Part shown: positions 16,788-18,253 of the stretch, one piece after another | Layout of the letters: the number at the start of each line of letters is the position of its first letter | How positions within the stretch are numbered: position 1 is the first letter of the stretch | Origin: an uncultured archaeon | GTDB taxonomy: Archaea > Asgardarchaeota > Lokiarchaeia > Sigyniarchaeales > SOKP01 | Assembly (NCBI GenBank): GCA_964447495.1 | Contig: CAYUTF010000018.1 | Location: 28,926 to 47,178 of the forward strand | Length of the DNA: 18,253 nucleotides | Direction: 5' to 3' | Translations under genes and position numbers: made by a program | The notes under the pieces: generated by a model | Told to the model about the DNA's origin: nothing | The model's input: the letters and a program-made list of their open reading frames with translations, nothing else | Databases searched by the model: none

Positions 16788-17303
16788 TTAAAATTTTTCA
16801 TAATGAACAATTTTCATTAAGGGAACTCTATCCTCTACTTCTCCTTTTTGTTTGGCAGGATACCCTAAAGGAGTAAGCCCCAATATGCGATACTTTTTAG
16901 GAATCTCTAAAATCTCTTTAATTCTGGATTCATTAAAATAGCCAATCCAACAAGTTCCTAAATTTTCTGCGGTTGCTGCGAGAATTAAATGTTCAAAGCA
17001 AATTCCAAAATCTACAGGGTAATATTTTTCTCCATTATGGTTAGTACCTGACTTCGATTCAGGAATAATCCCTACAATAAATACAGGGGCATTGATGAAT
17101 TTATTTTTCTGATTAATCGCTTCCCATACAGCCTTAACAAGTTCTGAGTTTTTTACTACTATGTATTCCATACCTTGCATATTAGCCCAAGTTGGAGCTA
17201 AACGAGCTGCATTAAAAATTCTCTCTATTTATTCATTGGTAGGCATTTCTTTATTATAAAAACGATGGCTTCTCCGTTTCTTAATAACATCATAAAAATC
17301 CAT
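16788..17303 (-). pseudogene. Nitroreductase-family flavoprotein interrupted by one in-frame TAA (codon 25)
   Basis: From ATG 17303: MDFYDVIKKRRSHRFYNKEMPTNE*IERIFNAARLAPTWANMQGMEY..., continuing in frame into the track ORF (HLILAATAENLGTCWIG, PLGYP). TAA at 17231-17229. Confidence 0.85.
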
Positions 17304-17568
17304 AACTACTATCCCACTTTTTATTATTAATTAAGTGTCTTTTTAATTAAATTTTTGATGCTTTTAATATCCCATTGAACAAAATCCCATTAAATTCCCC
17401 TTTTGTGTAGAATACATTATAAAACTTTTAAATTCGAGACAAAGATTTATAAATGTGATTGGAATAATATATTCTTATTATAAATCTAATATAGTCTTCT
17501 TTTTTATACAAACCTTTAGTTATAATGTGAAGAAATGACAACTTATATCATTGTACTTGGGATTTAAA

Positions 17569-18253
17569 ATGAACAATAATTATCGTGATCTCATCAGAAG
17601 TAAGAATATTGATCAAGATAATTTGCTACTTAATGAATGCTGTGAAAATCCTTGTATTGAAGAAAGAGACGGTAATAAAGTCTGTCTGAATTGTGGTTTA
17701 ATTGTTGCGAGAACCTATGTCGGGAATGAACGGAGAGCCTACACCATAGAAGAGATCCAGAGTAGACGGAGGACTGAACCGAGATGGAGGGACTTTGGGC
17801 CACGTACCATGCTCCCAACTACCAAGACCGATTCAAAGGGCAAATCTATTGGACCTAAGGAGCAAGCATTATTTTCACGGCTCTCTAAAATCCAAAATTC
17901 CTTAATATCAAGTATTGAGAGAAATTTTTGGGAAGCAAAACCTAAACTTAAAATGCTCACTTCTAAATTAAATATCCCTGAATATATCTCCGAAACTGCT
18001 TGGAAAATCTACAGTATTGTTGCTAAGAAAAAGTTAACAATGGGGAGATCAATTAATGGTTTTATTGCAGGGTCGTTATATGCTGCAATTCGCGTTCATG
18101 ATTTTCCCCGATTATTGGATGAGGTATGTGAAGCATCATTAACTCCAAGACGTACCGTACATAGAAGTTTAGCTATGATCATTCGAGAAGTATTACCCCA
18201 ATTAGGTTTAAGATATCAACCGATTACTGCGGAGAGTTTAGTGTTTCGATTTG
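17569..18253 (+). CDS. tfb: Transcription initiation factor IIB (TFB), 3'-truncated by the window edge; absent from the ORF track
   Basis: Hand translation: ECCENPCIEERDGNKVCLNCGLIV (Zn ribbon), ERRAYT (B-reader-like), RLSKIQ, IERNF, LNIPEYISETAWKIY, LTMGRSINGFIAGSLYAAIR, PRLLDEV (first cyclin repeat). Confidence 0.92.
   Translation, partial: MNNNYRDLIRSKNIDQDNLLLNECCENPCIEERDGNKVCLNCGLIVARTYVGNERRAYTIEEIQSRRRTEPRWRDFGPRTMLPTTKTDSKGKSIGPKEQALFSRLSKIQNSLISSIERNFWEAKPKLKMLTSKLNIPEYISETAWKIYSIVAKKKLTMGRSINGFIAGSLYAAIRVHDFPRLLDEVCEASLTPRRTVHRSLAMIIREVLPQLGLRYQPITAESLVFRF

Noticed and set aside
1847-17231. Stop-codon reassignment or programmed read-through, suggested by in-frame TAA at 1847, 10479 and 17229 and TGA at 2075
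   Set aside because: TAA and TGA end clearly complete genes in this window (e.g. TAA at 4135-4137 and 12921-12923, TGA at 13354-13356), long genes have no internal stops, and the PRT copy also has a frameshift.
17630-17960. Two minus-strand ORFs (62 and 73 aa)
   Set aside because: Antisense to the TFB reading frame, which has strong family motifs.

Overview
Very AT-rich archaeal DNA, most likely from an Asgard archaeon (Lokiarchaeia). This is inferred from IPGY-TM-basic 'Loki-CTERM'-type sorting tails, a Rag/Arf-like small GTPase with extra domains, and archaeal TFB, AOR and MgtE/PhoU-RCK genes. In order: a multidomain small GTPase flanked by a 37-bp direct repeat; a phosphoribosyltransferase (PRT) pseudogene; a 611-aa surface protein with an unfamiliar ~33-aa repeat; a TMEM62-like metallophosphoesterase; a small membrane protein; an ABC permease and ATPase; an orphan 55-aa CTERM mini-ORF missed by the ORF track; an intact PRT paralogue; a DtxR/MntR-like palindrome; a putative operon of two MgtE membrane halves, a tandem PhoU-RCK_C protein, a hexulose-phosphate isomerase and a SET protein; endonuclease IV; a membrane protein; an aldehyde:ferredoxin oxidoreductase; a nitroreductase broken by one in-frame TAA; and the 5' part of a TFB gene, also missed by the track. 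No rRNA, tRNA, CRISPR array or transposase was recognised. All family calls come from motif recognition by eye, with no database searches.
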